A stretch of 64,000 bases of DNA from an uncultured cyanobacterium (GTDB taxonomy: Bacteria; Cyanobacteriota; Cyanobacteriia; Cyanobacteriales; CAWCAG01): assembly GCA_963803805.1 (NCBI GenBank), contig CAWDOD010000011.1:160001-224000 (forward strand), written 5' to 3'. A program made the translations under genes and the position numbers. Below are positions 11,146 to 21,692 of this stretch, in pieces; positions within the stretch are counted from its first letter, which is position 1, and each line of letters starts with the position of its first letter. Below the pieces are notes generated by a model. It was given only the letters and a program-made list of their open reading frames with translations, was not told the DNA's origin and did no database searches.

Positions 11146-12396
11146 TTAAAGATATTTTTTGAAAGCCAAAGTTACGTTATGACCACCAAAACCGAAGGAG
11201 TTAGAAAGAGCTACTAGCACTTTTTGTTCTCGGCTGATGTGAGGTACGTAATCTAAATCGCAGTCAGGATCAGGGCTATCAAGATTAACAGTTGGTGGGA
11301 TTTTGTCGTTAGCTACTGCCATAGCCGTAGCTACCGCTTCTATACCTCCGGACCCCCCTAAAAGATGTCCCGTCATAGATTTTGTCGAACTAATCGCTAC
11401 TTTGTAAGCACTTTCTCCTAATGCTTGCTTAATAGCCTTTGTTTCGGTGGGATCATTGGCGGGAGTGCTTGTACCATGAGCATTAATGTAACTTACTTGT
11501 TCTGGACTAATGCCCCCATCTTTAAGGGCTAACTGTATAGCCCTAGTTGCTCCCTCACCTCCAGGCACTGGCGCCGTCATGTGGTAAGCATCACAGGTCA
11601 TACCGTAGCCAACAATTTCGCCATAGATTTTGGCTCCCCTACTCAAAGCGTGTTCCAGTTCTTCTAAAAGTAGTATGCCTGCACCTTCTCCCATTACAAA
11701 ACCATCGCGGTCTTTATCAAAGGGGCGACTAGCATGGATAGGATCATCATTGCGGCTAGAAAGGGCCCGAGCAGAAGCAAAACCTGCTACCGCTAAGGGG
11801 GTAACAGCAGCTTCTGTACCACCACAAATCATAGCTTGGGCGTAACCCCTCTGAACTAAGCGAAAGGCATCTCCTACAGCGTGGGAACCTGCAGCACAAG
11901 CAGTCACCGTACAGGAGTTAGGGCCTTTCGCCCCTGTATGAATAGCAGCTAACCCCGCAGCCATATTAGCGATCATCATGGGAACCATAAAAGGGCTACA
12001 GCGAGAAGGTCCTTTATTAAGGTAAATTTCCTGCTGGTCTTCGAGAACTTTAATACCTCCGACACCAGTACCAATGATGATACCTATTTGTTCAGCGTTG
12101 AGGTCATTAATCTCAAATTTGGCATCTTCTAAAGTCTGTTTACTAGCGGCGATCGCGAATTGAGCGAAGCGATCCATACGCTTAGCCTCTTTACGGCTAA
12201 CATAATCATGGGGATCGAAACCTTTAACCTCTCCAGCAATCTGACAGGCATGGCGAGAAGCATCAAATAGACTAATAGGAGCAATGCCACTACGTCCATT
12301 TAATAAACCTTGCCAATATTCATTGAGGCTATTTCCCAAGGGAGTAACGGCTCCGAGGCCAGTTACAACAACCCGTTTTAGTTGTAAATTTGTCAT
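11146..12396 (-). CDS. fabF: Beta-ketoacyl-ACP synthase II
   Basis: TACAAG, YINAHGTST, KSMTGHLLG, SNSFGFGG; follows acpP. Confidence 0.97.
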   Translation of the reverse strand: MTNLQLKRVVVTGLGAVTPLGNSLNEYWQGLLNGRSGIAPISLFDASRHACQIAGEVKGFDPHDYVSRKEAKRMDRFAQFAIAASKQTLEDAKFEINDLNAEQIGIIIGTGVGGIKVLEDQQEIYLNKGPSRCSPFMVPMMIANMAAGLAAIHTGAKGPNSCTVTACAAGSHAVGDAFRLVQRGYAQAMICGGTEAAVTPLAVAGFASARALSSRNDDPIHASRPFDKDRDGFVMGEGAGILLLEELEHALSRGAKIYGEIVGYGMTCDAYHMTAPVPGGEGATRAIQLALKDGGISPEQVSYINAHGTSTPANDPTETKAIKQALGESAYKVAISSTKSMTGHLLGGSGGIEAVATAMAVANDKIPPTVNLDSPDPDCDLDYVPHISREQKVLVALSNSFGFGGHNVTLAFKKYL

Positions 12397-12546
12397 GATG
12401 CTAGAGATGATAAAGACTTTTTCGCTCCAAAACTGAAGCTATGTTGAATTTCTCAATAATGCCGGGGTTTAGATGGCAAATCAGAGAATTTTATGCTTGT
12501 TAATGTTAAACCCAAAAGGATTTCTAAACCCAAATTCTTGTTGTAG

Positions 12547-12574
12547 AGGACGGGTATTAAATTAAACCCGTCCT
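12547..12574. terminator. Stem-loop between acpP and fabF
   Basis: AGGACGGGT-10nt-ACCCGTCCT inverted repeat. Confidence 0.65.
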
Positions 12575-12647
12575 AACAGAACATCTATAAAAATAGTTTT
12601 GTTTGACCAACAAAGTGAAGTCAGATATTTCCGATATTTGAGTATCT

Positions 12648-12896
12648 TTAAGCTGAGGTAGCTACCTTCTCACTAATATAATCCACAGCATTTTTGACTG
12701 TAGCAATTTGTTCTGCGGCTTCGTCGGGGATTTCAATATCAAATTCTTCCTCTAAAGCCATGACTAGCTCTACGGTATCTAAGGAGTCTGCTCCTAAATC
12801 GTTAGCAAAGCTAGCTTCAGGAGTTACTTTATCAGCTTCAACTTCTAATTGTTCTGTAACAATTGTTTGGACTTGAGAGAAAATTTCTTGATTCAT
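12648..12896 (-). CDS. acpP: Acyl carrier protein
   Basis: [20 protein letters not shown] phosphopantetheine motif. Confidence 0.98.
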   Translation of the reverse strand: MNQEIFSQVQTIVTEQLEVEADKVTPEASFANDLGADSLDTVELVMALEEEFDIEIPDEAAEQIATVKNAVDYISEKVATSA

Positions 12897-13112
12897 AAGT
12901 TTTGTTCAACCTACTTGCCGGAATTGACTTGAGTGAATAGAGATTTTGTAAGTATTTTTCATCTTATCGGAAAGCGGTACTCCCTAAGCTTTTTTGTAGC
13001 CGCACAGATAATTGGCATACTTGGCTAATGGCTAATGGCTAATTGTTTTCTCCTCATCTCCTCACCGATATAGCATAATAGCTAGTTAGAGTTTAAAGAG
13101 AATACAAGAGCC

Positions 13113-14027
13113 ATGACGACTGTGACCCAAAAAGCTTTGCGCTATGCTTATTTTCCGGGCTGTGTGGCTCAAGGGGCTTGTAAGGAGCTTTATTTATCTA
13201 CTTCAGCCTTAGCAAAAGCTTTAGATATTGAACTCATTGAATTAAAAAAGGGCGCTTGTTGTGGATCGGGAACCTACAAAGAAGATTCCCAACTACTTGA
13301 AGATACCGTTAATGCTCGTAATATTGCCCTGGCTGAAGCAGAAAATCTGCCCCTTTTAACCCATTGCAGTACTTGTCAAGGAGTTATTGGTCATGTGGAT
13401 GAACGTTTAAAAGAAGCCCAAGCCAATAATCCTGCTTACTTAGAACAGGTTAATAGTTTATTAAAAAAAGAAGGCTGTTCACCTTATCAAGGTTCTACAG
13501 AAGTAAAACATCTTCTTTGGGCAATAGTAGCTGATTACGGGCTTGATACTTTGAAAGCTAAGGTCAAACGCTCCCTTTCTGGCTTAAAATGTGCGGCTTT
13601 TTATGGCTGCTATTTACTCCGCGCTCAAAAATCTCTACCCTACGACGATCCTCTTCAGCCAGAATCTTTAGAAAATGTTTTCCGTACAGTAGGAGCTACT
13701 CCTGTCTACTATTCAGGTCGTACTCAATGCTGTGGTTGGCCTATTTCTAGCTATGCCCCAGAACAATCTTTCCAAATGGCTGGCAAACATATCCAAGAGG
13801 CTATTGATGGTGGGGCTGACTGCTTAGTAACTCCTTGCCCTCTTTGTCATCTTAATCTCGATTCTCGCCAACCAGAGGTAGAAAAAGTCATAGGACGCTC
13901 TTTAGGCCTACCAGTCCTTCATTTACCTCAGTTAATTGGTTTAGCTTTAGGACTTGAACCCCAACAATTAGGTTTAGAGAAACACATTGTCTCGACAAAA
14001 GTAGTTCTAGATAAATTAACTATTTAA
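13113..14027 (+). CDS. Heterodisulfide reductase subunit B-like (CCG-domain) protein, putative cyanobacterial SDH subunit
   Basis: YFPGC, CCGSG, CSTC, FYGC, CCGW, PCPLC cysteine-rich CCG motifs. Confidence 0.9.
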   Translation: MTTVTQKALRYAYFPGCVAQGACKELYLSTSALAKALDIELIELKKGACCGSGTYKEDSQLLEDTVNARNIALAEAENLPLLTHCSTCQGVIGHVDERLKEAQANNPAYLEQVNSLLKKEGCSPYQGSTEVKHLLWAIVADYGLDTLKAKVKRSLSGLKCAAFYGCYLLRAQKSLPYDDPLQPESLENVFRTVGATPVYYSGRTQCCGWPISSYAPEQSFQMAGKHIQEAIDGGADCLVTPCPLCHLNLDSRQPEVEKVIGRSLGLPVLHLPQLIGLALGLEPQQLGLEKHIVSTKVVLDKLTI

Positions 14028-14253
14028 AGGTAATTAATAAGTAAAAGTAATTAATCTTTTGTCTAAAAATTCCTTTTTACAATACCTAATAATGAATATT
14101 GAGGTAATACTAGAAAGTAGCGCTTAGTCATAGCTTAGTTGCTAAAGCTTTCTGCCTGAAGCCCTTAAAGAAATAAATTTGCTAATAGTTATACCTCTAG
14201 ACAGATTTATTTAAGGAATATTCAGGTTTGTATCAGGCTAGTTTTTGCCAAAT

Positions 14254-14296
14254 GTAGTTGCTTATACTGGGCATTTTATTGAGGCTAGGATAACCT
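14254..14296 (+). promoter_or_regulatory. Putative NtcA site plus -10 upstream of the DUF1815 gene
   Basis: GTA-GTTGCTTA-TAC (14254-14267), then 23 nt, then TAACCT. Confidence 0.5.
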
Positions 14297-14430
14297 GATG
14301 CGCAGTAGACAATTAATTATTTTCTTAAGCTTGATTATTTTCAATAATGGAGTTTAACACTAGGGGAAAAAAGAAAAGCCTTAAGAAAGTATTAAAATGT
14401 CTAAACATATCTTTTGGTTGGAGGAAAAAA

Positions 14431-14799
14431 GTGTTTTTACGACTTGCACAACAACATCGTCTTTTTGTCAAAGATTTGGTAATGAATCTCCAAGCTATGG
14501 CTATTGTTCTAGAAAACCGTGGCTATCTTGCTTCTTGCTACACCTGCGGTAGTCAAATGAATAGTGCTTCTTTTATGGTTAGCTTAGGACAAAATCATCT
14601 CATCCGTTTTTTAGTATCAGATTATGGCATCACTTGGACGGAAATGCGTGATGACAGAGAGTTGATGAAATTAGAAGGGGCTGAGGCTATTTGCCAGTTA
14701 CAAGACTTAGCTGACTTAGTTAAATACCACATTGCTCCTGCTGATTCTAATTGGGAAGGACATCACAAAGGAAACGATTCTCTAGCGATTTCTCGTTAA
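14431..14799 (+). CDS. DUF1815-family conserved cyanobacterial protein
   Basis: MFLRLAQQHR...DLVMNLQA...ASCYTCG...FLVSDYGITWTE; GTG start after GGAGG. Confidence 0.8.
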   Translation: MFLRLAQQHRLFVKDLVMNLQAMAIVLENRGYLASCYTCGSQMNSASFMVSLGQNHLIRFLVSDYGITWTEMRDDRELMKLEGAEAICQLQDLADLVKYHIAPADSNWEGHHKGNDSLAISR

Positions 14800-14954
14800 A
14801 GAGCTTCATGCTTAAAGGCTCAGACAAATGCCTTATCTCATAGAAATTGCTGACACTATAGCATCAGGGCGTTAGCTTAACTCAACAGAGAATCAAACCT
14901 TAAGGGTTTAATCCCCATACTCTTCACAAAATATGCCGATACATAAAAATTGAA

Positions 14955-14976
14955 GCCTCTACTGTGCAGTAGAGGC
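14955..14976. terminator. Stem-loop between convergent DUF1815 and pdhA
   Basis: GCCTCTACTG-TG-CAGTAGAGGC. Confidence 0.7.
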
Positions 14977-15001
14977 CTTGAGTTAAATTTCCCTCACCAA
15001 A

Positions 15002-16036
15002 CTATTGATTCTCAGCGAAAATAAACCGTCTTAATTCGCTAGGATCTGGCTCTGGGCTATCCTGAGCAAATTCAACGGCTTCTTCAATTCGGGTTTGAAT
15101 TTTTTTCTCAATAGCTTTAAGCTCTCCTGCTTCTGCTAAATTCTGCTCAACCAAATAAGCATTAAACTTTTTAATTGGATCTCGCGCTAACCAAGTTTGC
15201 TTTTCTTCTTGGGGACGTAGTTCGTCAGGATCGGCCAAAGAGTGACCCCGAAAACGATAGGTTAAAGCTTCAATCAAGGTAGGCCCTTCACCTGCTCTAG
15301 CCCTTGCCACCGCTTCTTTAGCTACAGTATGAACTGCTAATACATCCATACCATCTACTTCAACCCCGTGCATATTGAAGCCTTCAGCCTTGCGATAAAT
15401 TTCGGGTTGAGAAGTCGCTCTCTCATGAGCCATGCCAATAGCCCACTTGTTGTTCTCTACCACAAAAAGAATGGGGAGTTTCCAAAGGGCTGCCATATTA
15501 AGACATTCAAAAAATTGACCATTATTTGCTGCTCCATCCCCAAAAAAGCAAGCTGTTACCTGGTCAGCATTTTCATCTCCTAAGGCCTCCCGGCGATATT
15601 TAGATTGCAAGGCAGCCCCAGTAGCCACAGGAATACCTTCAGCTACAAAAGCAAATCCTCCTAAAAGGCGGTGTTCCTCAGAAAACATATGCATTGAACC
15701 ACCGCGCCCTTTACTACAGCCTGTGGCCTTACCAAATAACTCGGCCATAACCTCCTTGGCAGGAACTCCACAACTAAGGGCGTGGACGTGATCACGATAA
15801 GTACTACAGACATAATCTTCTCCAGGGCGCATAGCTTGAATAACCCCAGTGGATACCGCCTCTTGACCATTGTAAAGATGGACAAAACCGAACATTTTGC
15901 CTCGATAGTACATTTCAGCACATTTGTCTTCAAATAGACGGCCGAGTACCATATCTTCATAGAGAAGCAATCCGTCTTCTCTGGTGATTTGAGCAGAGGT
16001 AGCATGAAATTCAGGTAAAGTACGTTCTAAGACCAT
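15002..16036 (-). CDS. pdhA: Pyruvate dehydrogenase E1 alpha subunit
   Basis: [47 protein letters not shown] at 16036. Confidence 0.97.
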   Translation of the reverse strand: MVLERTLPEFHATSAQITREDGLLLYEDMVLGRLFEDKCAEMYYRGKMFGFVHLYNGQEAVSTGVIQAMRPGEDYVCSTYRDHVHALSCGVPAKEVMAELFGKATGCSKGRGGSMHMFSEEHRLLGGFAFVAEGIPVATGAALQSKYRREALGDENADQVTACFFGDGAANNGQFFECLNMAALWKLPILFVVENNKWAIGMAHERATSQPEIYRKAEGFNMHGVEVDGMDVLAVHTVAKEAVARARAGEGPTLIEALTYRFRGHSLADPDELRPQEEKQTWLARDPIKKFNAYLVEQNLAEAGELKAIEKKIQTRIEEAVEFAQDSPEPDPSELRRFIFAENQ

Positions 16037-16367
16037 AAAGTTTGTTGTATCCTTACAGCAGTTGCAAGAGGAGTTGTTTAAAAGGAGTCTAGTTGAGCAA
16101 TCTTGTACCCAACTCGAATCCAAAGCAAGCTGTGGTTGTAATTTAAACCTAAGTAACACAGCATTGACATTTTAAGATTAAACTGAAAATCTAAAGAAAA
16201 ATGCTAAATTTTTCAATTACCTTTATTGAATTTCCAGCAAATATTTATCTTAAATAGCTTGCTCTTAAGTTAGAATCGTGCAAAAGAAGCAATAACCAAA
16301 TAACTAAAGGCAAAATTGGGGTTTTATCAAGGTCAATTCAGTAGCTAGCGTCCTGGGGAAGCAAAAC

Positions 16368-18620
16368 GTGCGAATACCGCTCGATTACTATAGAATACTG
16401 GGCGTGCCAATTCAGGCCACAGCCGAACAATTAAGTCAGGCATACCAAGACCGGACTTTACAACTGCCGCGTCGAGAATATAGTGATGCGGCGATTACAG
16501 CACGTAAACAATTACTTGACGAAGCTTATGGAGTTTTATCTAATCTAGAGCAGCGTTCTGAGTATGACGCTAGTTTTTTAGCTAAGACTTACGAGTTAGA
16601 GTCTGAGGGGCAAATAGATTTACCTTTAGAACAGAAAGGTCAGGCAGAAAATAGCGAACTAGACCCCCATACCCCTTGGATTGAAATTGATTCAGAGCAG
16701 TTTATTGGCTCTTTGTTAATACTGCAAGAATTGGGAGAATACGAATTAGTCCTTAAGTTAGGCCATCCCTATTTAACTAAAAAAGATGGCATTAGTCTTG
16801 ATAAAGGACGTTTAGGAGATCCCAAATTAGTTAGGGCTGACCTGGTATTGACCTTAGCTTTAGCCTGCTTGGAGTTAGGTAGAGAACACTGGCAGCAAAA
16901 GGAATATGAAAATGCTTCAATTTCTGGACAAACAGGACAAGATTTGCTCTTGCGAGAAGGGCTATTTCCTGGGGTTAGGGGAGAAATTCAAGCGGATCTT
17001 TACAAGCTTAGACCCTATCGCGTTTTAGAATTGTTGGCCTTGCCTCTGAAAAATACTCAAGAAAGACAGCAAGGGTTAATACTGCTGCGAGAAATGTTAG
17101 CTGAGCGGGGAGGGATAGATGGCACAGCGAACGATCAATCGGGTTTGAGTATAGATGACTTCCTGCGCTTTATTCAACAGCTTAGAGGCTATTTAACTGT
17201 AGCAGAGCAGCAAGAATTATTTGAAGCAGAAGCGAAAAGACCTTCTGCTGTGGCTACTTATTTGGCGGTGTATGCTTTATTAGCGAGGGGATTTGCTCAA
17301 CGCCGCCCTGCCTTAGTCGCTAGGGCCAAAGTAATGCTAATTCGCTTAGGAAGACGACAGGACGTTCATTTAGAACAAGCTGTCTGCGCTCTGTTACTCG
17401 GTCAAACAGAGGAGGCTAGCCGCGCCCTAGAATTAAGCCAGGAATATGAACCTTTAGCTTTTATCCGTGAACATTCCCAAGGTTCGCCAGATCTCTTACC
17501 AGGATTGTGTCTTTATGGAGAAAACTGGTTACACTCAGAAGTATTCCCCCACTTTCGAGATTTAGCTCAGCAAAGGGTCGCTTTAAAAGATTACTTTGCT
17601 GATGACCAAGTACAAAGTTACTTAGAAAAACTTCCGGCGGAAACTGAAGATCCCAATCAATGGTCGGTGGTAGATTCTCAAACTACTCGTACCTCCTCAG
17701 TTGCTAGTAGTGCTTTCGCTACTCAGCACAGTAGTGGAGTACGAAGTCAAGGAGGGGAAAGTAGTTCTAAGTCTAGGGGCAGCACTTCGACAATTACAGT
17801 AGAGCGAAACTCCGAAGCAACTAAAAATACTCCTGGTATTGGGGTATCAACCTTAAACAGTAGAGATGAATATACATCTCCTGAAGAGGGGCGATCGCGA
17901 CGTAAAAGACTTGCTCGTGAACAACCAGCTAGTTCTTTTCTTAATTCTGGTAATGGTTCTGTTAAAGTAGCTAGTAACAATACTTTAGGAAATAAATCGA
18001 CTTCCCCGAAGCTAAGTCGTTTAATTTTCCTGGCTATAGTTGGTCTTTTAGGGCTAGGGATTGCTATATTCCTTTTGTTAGGAACTTATAAATGGCTGCG
18101 AACGACTTTAAATAGCCTTTTTGGTACAAATCAACCAGCCGAAGAAAGTTTGGCTATTGAATTGAATAAACCCCCTGTAGAAATTCCTTCTCCTGGCACT
18201 CAGCTAGATGTATCTACAGAAGGAGCTTTATCCCAAGAAGCTGCTCGTCAGCTTATTAGTAACTGGCTAGCTACTAAATCCCAAGCTACGGGATCGGAAT
18301 ATTTAGGGGAAAAATTAACTAATGTTTTGGCTGAACCTCTTTTATCTCAATGGCGTGGTACTGTCCAAAATCTTAAAAACAATAATGCCTACTGGAAGTA
18401 TAAGCACGAGAAGATAGAAGTACAATCAGCCACAGAAAGCGAAACTGATCCTAATCAAACTAGTGTTGAAGCTATAGTTACTGAAGCAGCAGATTTTTAC
18501 CAACAAGGGCAGCGTAACGAAGCAAAATCCTACGAAAAAGACTTTCGGGTTCGCTACAATTTTCTCCGACAGGAAGATGGGTGGAGAATCAAAGCCATGA
18601 CAGTTAATGATTCAAATTAG
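16368..18620 (+). CDS. ftn2: Cell division protein Ftn2/ZipN (ARC6 family)
   Basis: N-terminal J-like domain MRIPLDYYRILG, DLLPGLC motif, single TM, C-terminal periplasmic (IMS/DUF4101-type) domain. Confidence 0.93.
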   Translation: MRIPLDYYRILGVPIQATAEQLSQAYQDRTLQLPRREYSDAAITARKQLLDEAYGVLSNLEQRSEYDASFLAKTYELESEGQIDLPLEQKGQAENSELDPHTPWIEIDSEQFIGSLLILQELGEYELVLKLGHPYLTKKDGISLDKGRLGDPKLVRADLVLTLALACLELGREHWQQKEYENASISGQTGQDLLLREGLFPGVRGEIQADLYKLRPYRVLELLALPLKNTQERQQGLILLREMLAERGGIDGTANDQSGLSIDDFLRFIQQLRGYLTVAEQQELFEAEAKRPSAVATYLAVYALLARGFAQRRPALVARAKVMLIRLGRRQDVHLEQAVCALLLGQTEEASRALELSQEYEPLAFIREHSQGSPDLLPGLCLYGENWLHSEVFPHFRDLAQQRVALKDYFADDQVQSYLEKLPAETEDPNQWSVVDSQTTRTSSVASSAFATQHSSGVRSQGGESSSKSRGSTSTITVERNSEATKNTPGIGVSTLNSRDEYTSPEEGRSRRKRLAREQPASSFLNSGNGSVKVASNNTLGNKSTSPKLSRLIFLAIVGLLGLGIAIFLLLGTYKWLRTTLNSLFGTNQPAEESLAIELNKPPVEIPSPGTQLDVSTEGALSQEAARQLISNWLATKSQATGSEYLGEKLTNVLAEPLLSQWRGTVQNLKNNNAYWKYKHEKIEVQSATESETDPNQTSVEAIVTEAADFYQQGQRNEAKSYEKDFRVRYNFLRQEDGWRIKAMTVNDSN

Positions 18621-19104
18621 TTTATTGATAGTTTAAGCTTATATTTAAACTGTGGAAATAGGTATAATTTGAGTCAAAGAAATTGTCTTTTTAAGTACAC
18701 TACTACCTTGGGATAGATAAAGTACAAAAATAAACTTTTCTTGCCCCACAACTAAAGTACTACCCAAGACTTATTTTTATGGCCTTAAAAAGTAGTAAAG
18801 CTAACAACAGTGATTTTGAAAAATAGCCAAACTCACTTTCTTAATTACTAACAAAAACTTCCCAAAGTCTCTACTCAGCTTTATGTACGCAAAAAACTAA
18901 GCTCCTCCAGAAACTCTTAACTTATTACTTGTTACTTATTCCCCTCATCCCTAAGCAATAGTCTTTAAGTAAGAGATAGGTAGCCCCTTTTTCTAGGGAA
19001 TTTATAACCTCAAATATATTCGTTGAGTCCAACTAACCTTCCAAGAGAAAGGGAAGAGAATTTATAATGCTTAGTAATGCAATGGAGCTAAAAAGTGGAA
19101 AATC

Positions 19105-19830
19105 ATGAATGCAATTCGCGTAGCATTGGTAGAAGATCATCATCTTACTAGAGTCGGCTTGAGAGCTGCTCTAGAACAATATGAAGATATTCAAGTAGTA
19201 GGAGAAGCTGCCGATGGGAAAAAAGGCTTGGAGGTTCTTAAAGCTACCTCTCCAGATGTAGCCGTTGTAGATATTGGCTTGCCAATCATGGATGGTATTG
19301 AACTAACTCAACAGCTTAGGCAATATCAAGTGCAAGCACCCGAAATAGAAACAGAAACAAAAATTCTGGTTCTGACCATGAATAATAAAGAAAATGAGGT
19401 GTTAGCTGCTTTTGCTGCTGGTGCAGACTCCTACAGCGTTAAGGATATCTATTTTGAAAACTTAGTTGAAGCCATTAGAGTTACTAATGGGGGTGACTCC
19501 TGGATTGATCCGGCGATCGCTAAAGTAGTGCTGAAACAGGCACAGCAAAAGCTACCTCGTACATATGCTCCTTCCGGTAATAAAACCACTATTATTGCCT
19601 CCGTTGAAGCAGATCGCGAGAGAATTTTGGAGACTTACCCTCTAACTAAACGAGAGCTTGATGTCTTAGAACTGATTGTAGCTGGCCACAGTAATGATGA
19701 AATTTCTAAAAAGCTCTATATTACCGTAGGTACAGTTAAAACCCATGTCCGCAACCTACTTAACAAACTCTGTGCAGATGATCGTACTCAAGCGGCTGTA
19801 TTAGCTTTGCGTTCTGGCTTAGTATTCTAA
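19105..19830 (+). CDS. NarL/LuxR-family response regulator
   Basis: Receiver (VEDH, VVDIGLP) plus LuxR HTH (LTKRELDVL...TVKTHV). Confidence 0.93.
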   Translation: MNAIRVALVEDHHLTRVGLRAALEQYEDIQVVGEAADGKKGLEVLKATSPDVAVVDIGLPIMDGIELTQQLRQYQVQAPEIETETKILVLTMNNKENEVLAAFAAGADSYSVKDIYFENLVEAIRVTNGGDSWIDPAIAKVVLKQAQQKLPRTYAPSGNKTTIIASVEADRERILETYPLTKRELDVLELIVAGHSNDEISKKLYITVGTVKTHVRNLLNKLCADDRTQAAVLALRSGLVF

Positions 19831-19977
19831 GGCTTGGTAAATGGCAGGTCAACACCGTTAACGGAAACCCAGAGGAAAAAGCTTAGACCTTGATAGGCTT
19901 ATCGATAGCGGTCTAAATCTACTTAAGCTTCTGTGCAAAAATAGATTCCATTTATATCTGTTGAAGAATCAAAAAAA

Positions 19978-21042
19978 TTGGTATTAGAAAAGCTCAAAAT
20001 TCTCTTAACTCAGACTACTCCACAAACCCCTGAGTCAGAATTATCTTTACAGGAACTTCCCCCCCAGGCTAAGGCAAGGCTAAGTCGTAATTTAGCTGAT
20101 TTAAGCCCCCCTCAAGCCTATGTAAAGGCATTACAAGAAGCCTTAGATGGCGCGCTCTCTCGTTGGCAAGAGGAGCCTAATGCTCCTAATAGTTTAGTTA
20201 TTTTAGTTAGTGCAGGGGAACCTCTGGAGAGTATTTTGGCAACAGTGTTATCAAGTGGGCAAAATTCCTCTTCTTTAGCTCAGAGATGGTTATTGAGTTC
20301 TCCTTCTTGCGAAGCACAAAAGAGAATACAACAACTGAAAGCAGAACTTAAAGAAGTTCCGGAACAACAACTAGTGGTCTTGCCTCGCTTATCTCAAGGT
20401 TTTTTACGCTGTATTGGTTCTTTAGAGATTATTAATAAGTTAGGAGAGGCAGTTTTTAACCATCCAGATAGCTTTTGGCTGATTGGTTGCCATTCCTGGG
20501 CTTGGCAATATTTGGTCCAGGCAAAGGGAATTCAAGGGACATTTTGCCAAACCTTTTCTTTGCCGAAGTTGAGTGGTGAGGAGATTCAAGCTTGGTTAAA
20601 ACCTGTTAGAGCTAATATGGAGATTACCAAAGATGAGGAAGAGGAATATTTTGAGAATTTAGCAAAAATTTCTTTAGGATTAAGCCAAGTTGCTGGAAAA
20701 TTATGGTTGCGTTCTTTAGGTCACGAACAAGAGTTAGAGAAAGGGAGTGATCCTTTATCCTTGATGCCTTTAAGACAACAAAAAGCACTATTGCCAAAAC
20801 TACCAAGGTTAGAAATGAGCGATCGCTACCTTCTCTATTCCTTGGCTTTACATGAACAACTTACTATCCCTGACCTGGCTACTAGTTTGGGGGAAAATAG
20901 TTCAGATATTTTAATCTCGATACAACGCTTGCAACAAGAAGGATTGCTTCGACGCTACCAAGAATATCTGTTGATTGAACCTATTTATTATTCTCAATTA
21001 CGGCGAGATTTAGAGCAAAATAATTTTCTAGTTGAGGAATAA
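19978..21042 (+). CDS. Hypothetical protein, possible degenerate ATPase-like domain with C-terminal winged helix
   Basis: 354-aa ORF; FWLIGCHSWAWQYL motif; C-terminal LATSLGE...LQQEGLL wHTH-like segment. Confidence 0.6.
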   Translation: MVLEKLKILLTQTTPQTPESELSLQELPPQAKARLSRNLADLSPPQAYVKALQEALDGALSRWQEEPNAPNSLVILVSAGEPLESILATVLSSGQNSSSLAQRWLLSSPSCEAQKRIQQLKAELKEVPEQQLVVLPRLSQGFLRCIGSLEIINKLGEAVFNHPDSFWLIGCHSWAWQYLVQAKGIQGTFCQTFSLPKLSGEEIQAWLKPVRANMEITKDEEEEYFENLAKISLGLSQVAGKLWLRSLGHEQELEKGSDPLSLMPLRQQKALLPKLPRLEMSDRYLLYSLALHEQLTIPDLATSLGENSSDILISIQRLQQEGLLRRYQEYLLIEPIYYSQLRRDLEQNNFLVEE

Positions 21043-21095
21043 TACCAGAGCGGCGTTTAGTAGCACAGGTTATTTGTGAGGGGGTTCTCTCTAAT

Positions 21096-21692
21096 TTAAG
21101 AGGATTTCATTTCTCTTTGATGCCTCGGCTTACAAGGAGAACCCCAAGCCACTTGTTGCTGGGGAATGTCGCTGAAAACACTACTACGAGCGCCAATCAC
21201 AGCATTTGCACCAATAGTTACCCCCGGAGCTACAAAACAATCTGCGGCTACCCATGCACCATTACCGATAGCAATAGGAGAAACCTGGAGACTAAAATTA
21301 GGGTCTTGTATATCGTGGGAGCCAGTACAAAGGTAAGATTCTTGGGAGATAATGCAATGCTGACCGATGTGGATATCATCTAAACTATACAAAACTACAT
21401 CATCACCAATCCAACTATAATCTCCAATTTTTAATTTCCAGGGATAGGTTATGCGAGCAGTAGGGCGAATTACTACTCCTTTACCAATTTTGGCTCCAAA
21501 TAGGCTTAATAACCAGCAGCGAATGCCATGGGCAGAATGGAGAGTTAAAGGGAAAATAATCCCTTGTAGGAACCACCACAGCAGAATAAACCAACCAGGA
21601 CGACCGCGATCATACCAAGATTGGTCATATTTGCGTAGATCAATTAAAGCTGGCTCATCTAATCGGGGTTTTTGTTCAAACTTTTGATTCAT
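21096..21692 (-). CDS. WcaF-like polysaccharide acetyltransferase (hexapeptide repeat)
   Basis: LbH repeats (IGKGVVI, IGDYSWIG, IGNGAWVA), PWKL and CTGSHD motifs; overlaps the GT2 stop. Confidence 0.9.
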   Translation of the reverse strand: MNQKFEQKPRLDEPALIDLRKYDQSWYDRGRPGWFILLWWFLQGIIFPLTLHSAHGIRCWLLSLFGAKIGKGVVIRPTARITYPWKLKIGDYSWIGDDVVLYSLDDIHIGQHCIISQESYLCTGSHDIQDPNFSLQVSPIAIGNGAWVAADCFVAPGVTIGANAVIGARSSVFSDIPQQQVAWGSPCKPRHQREMKSS

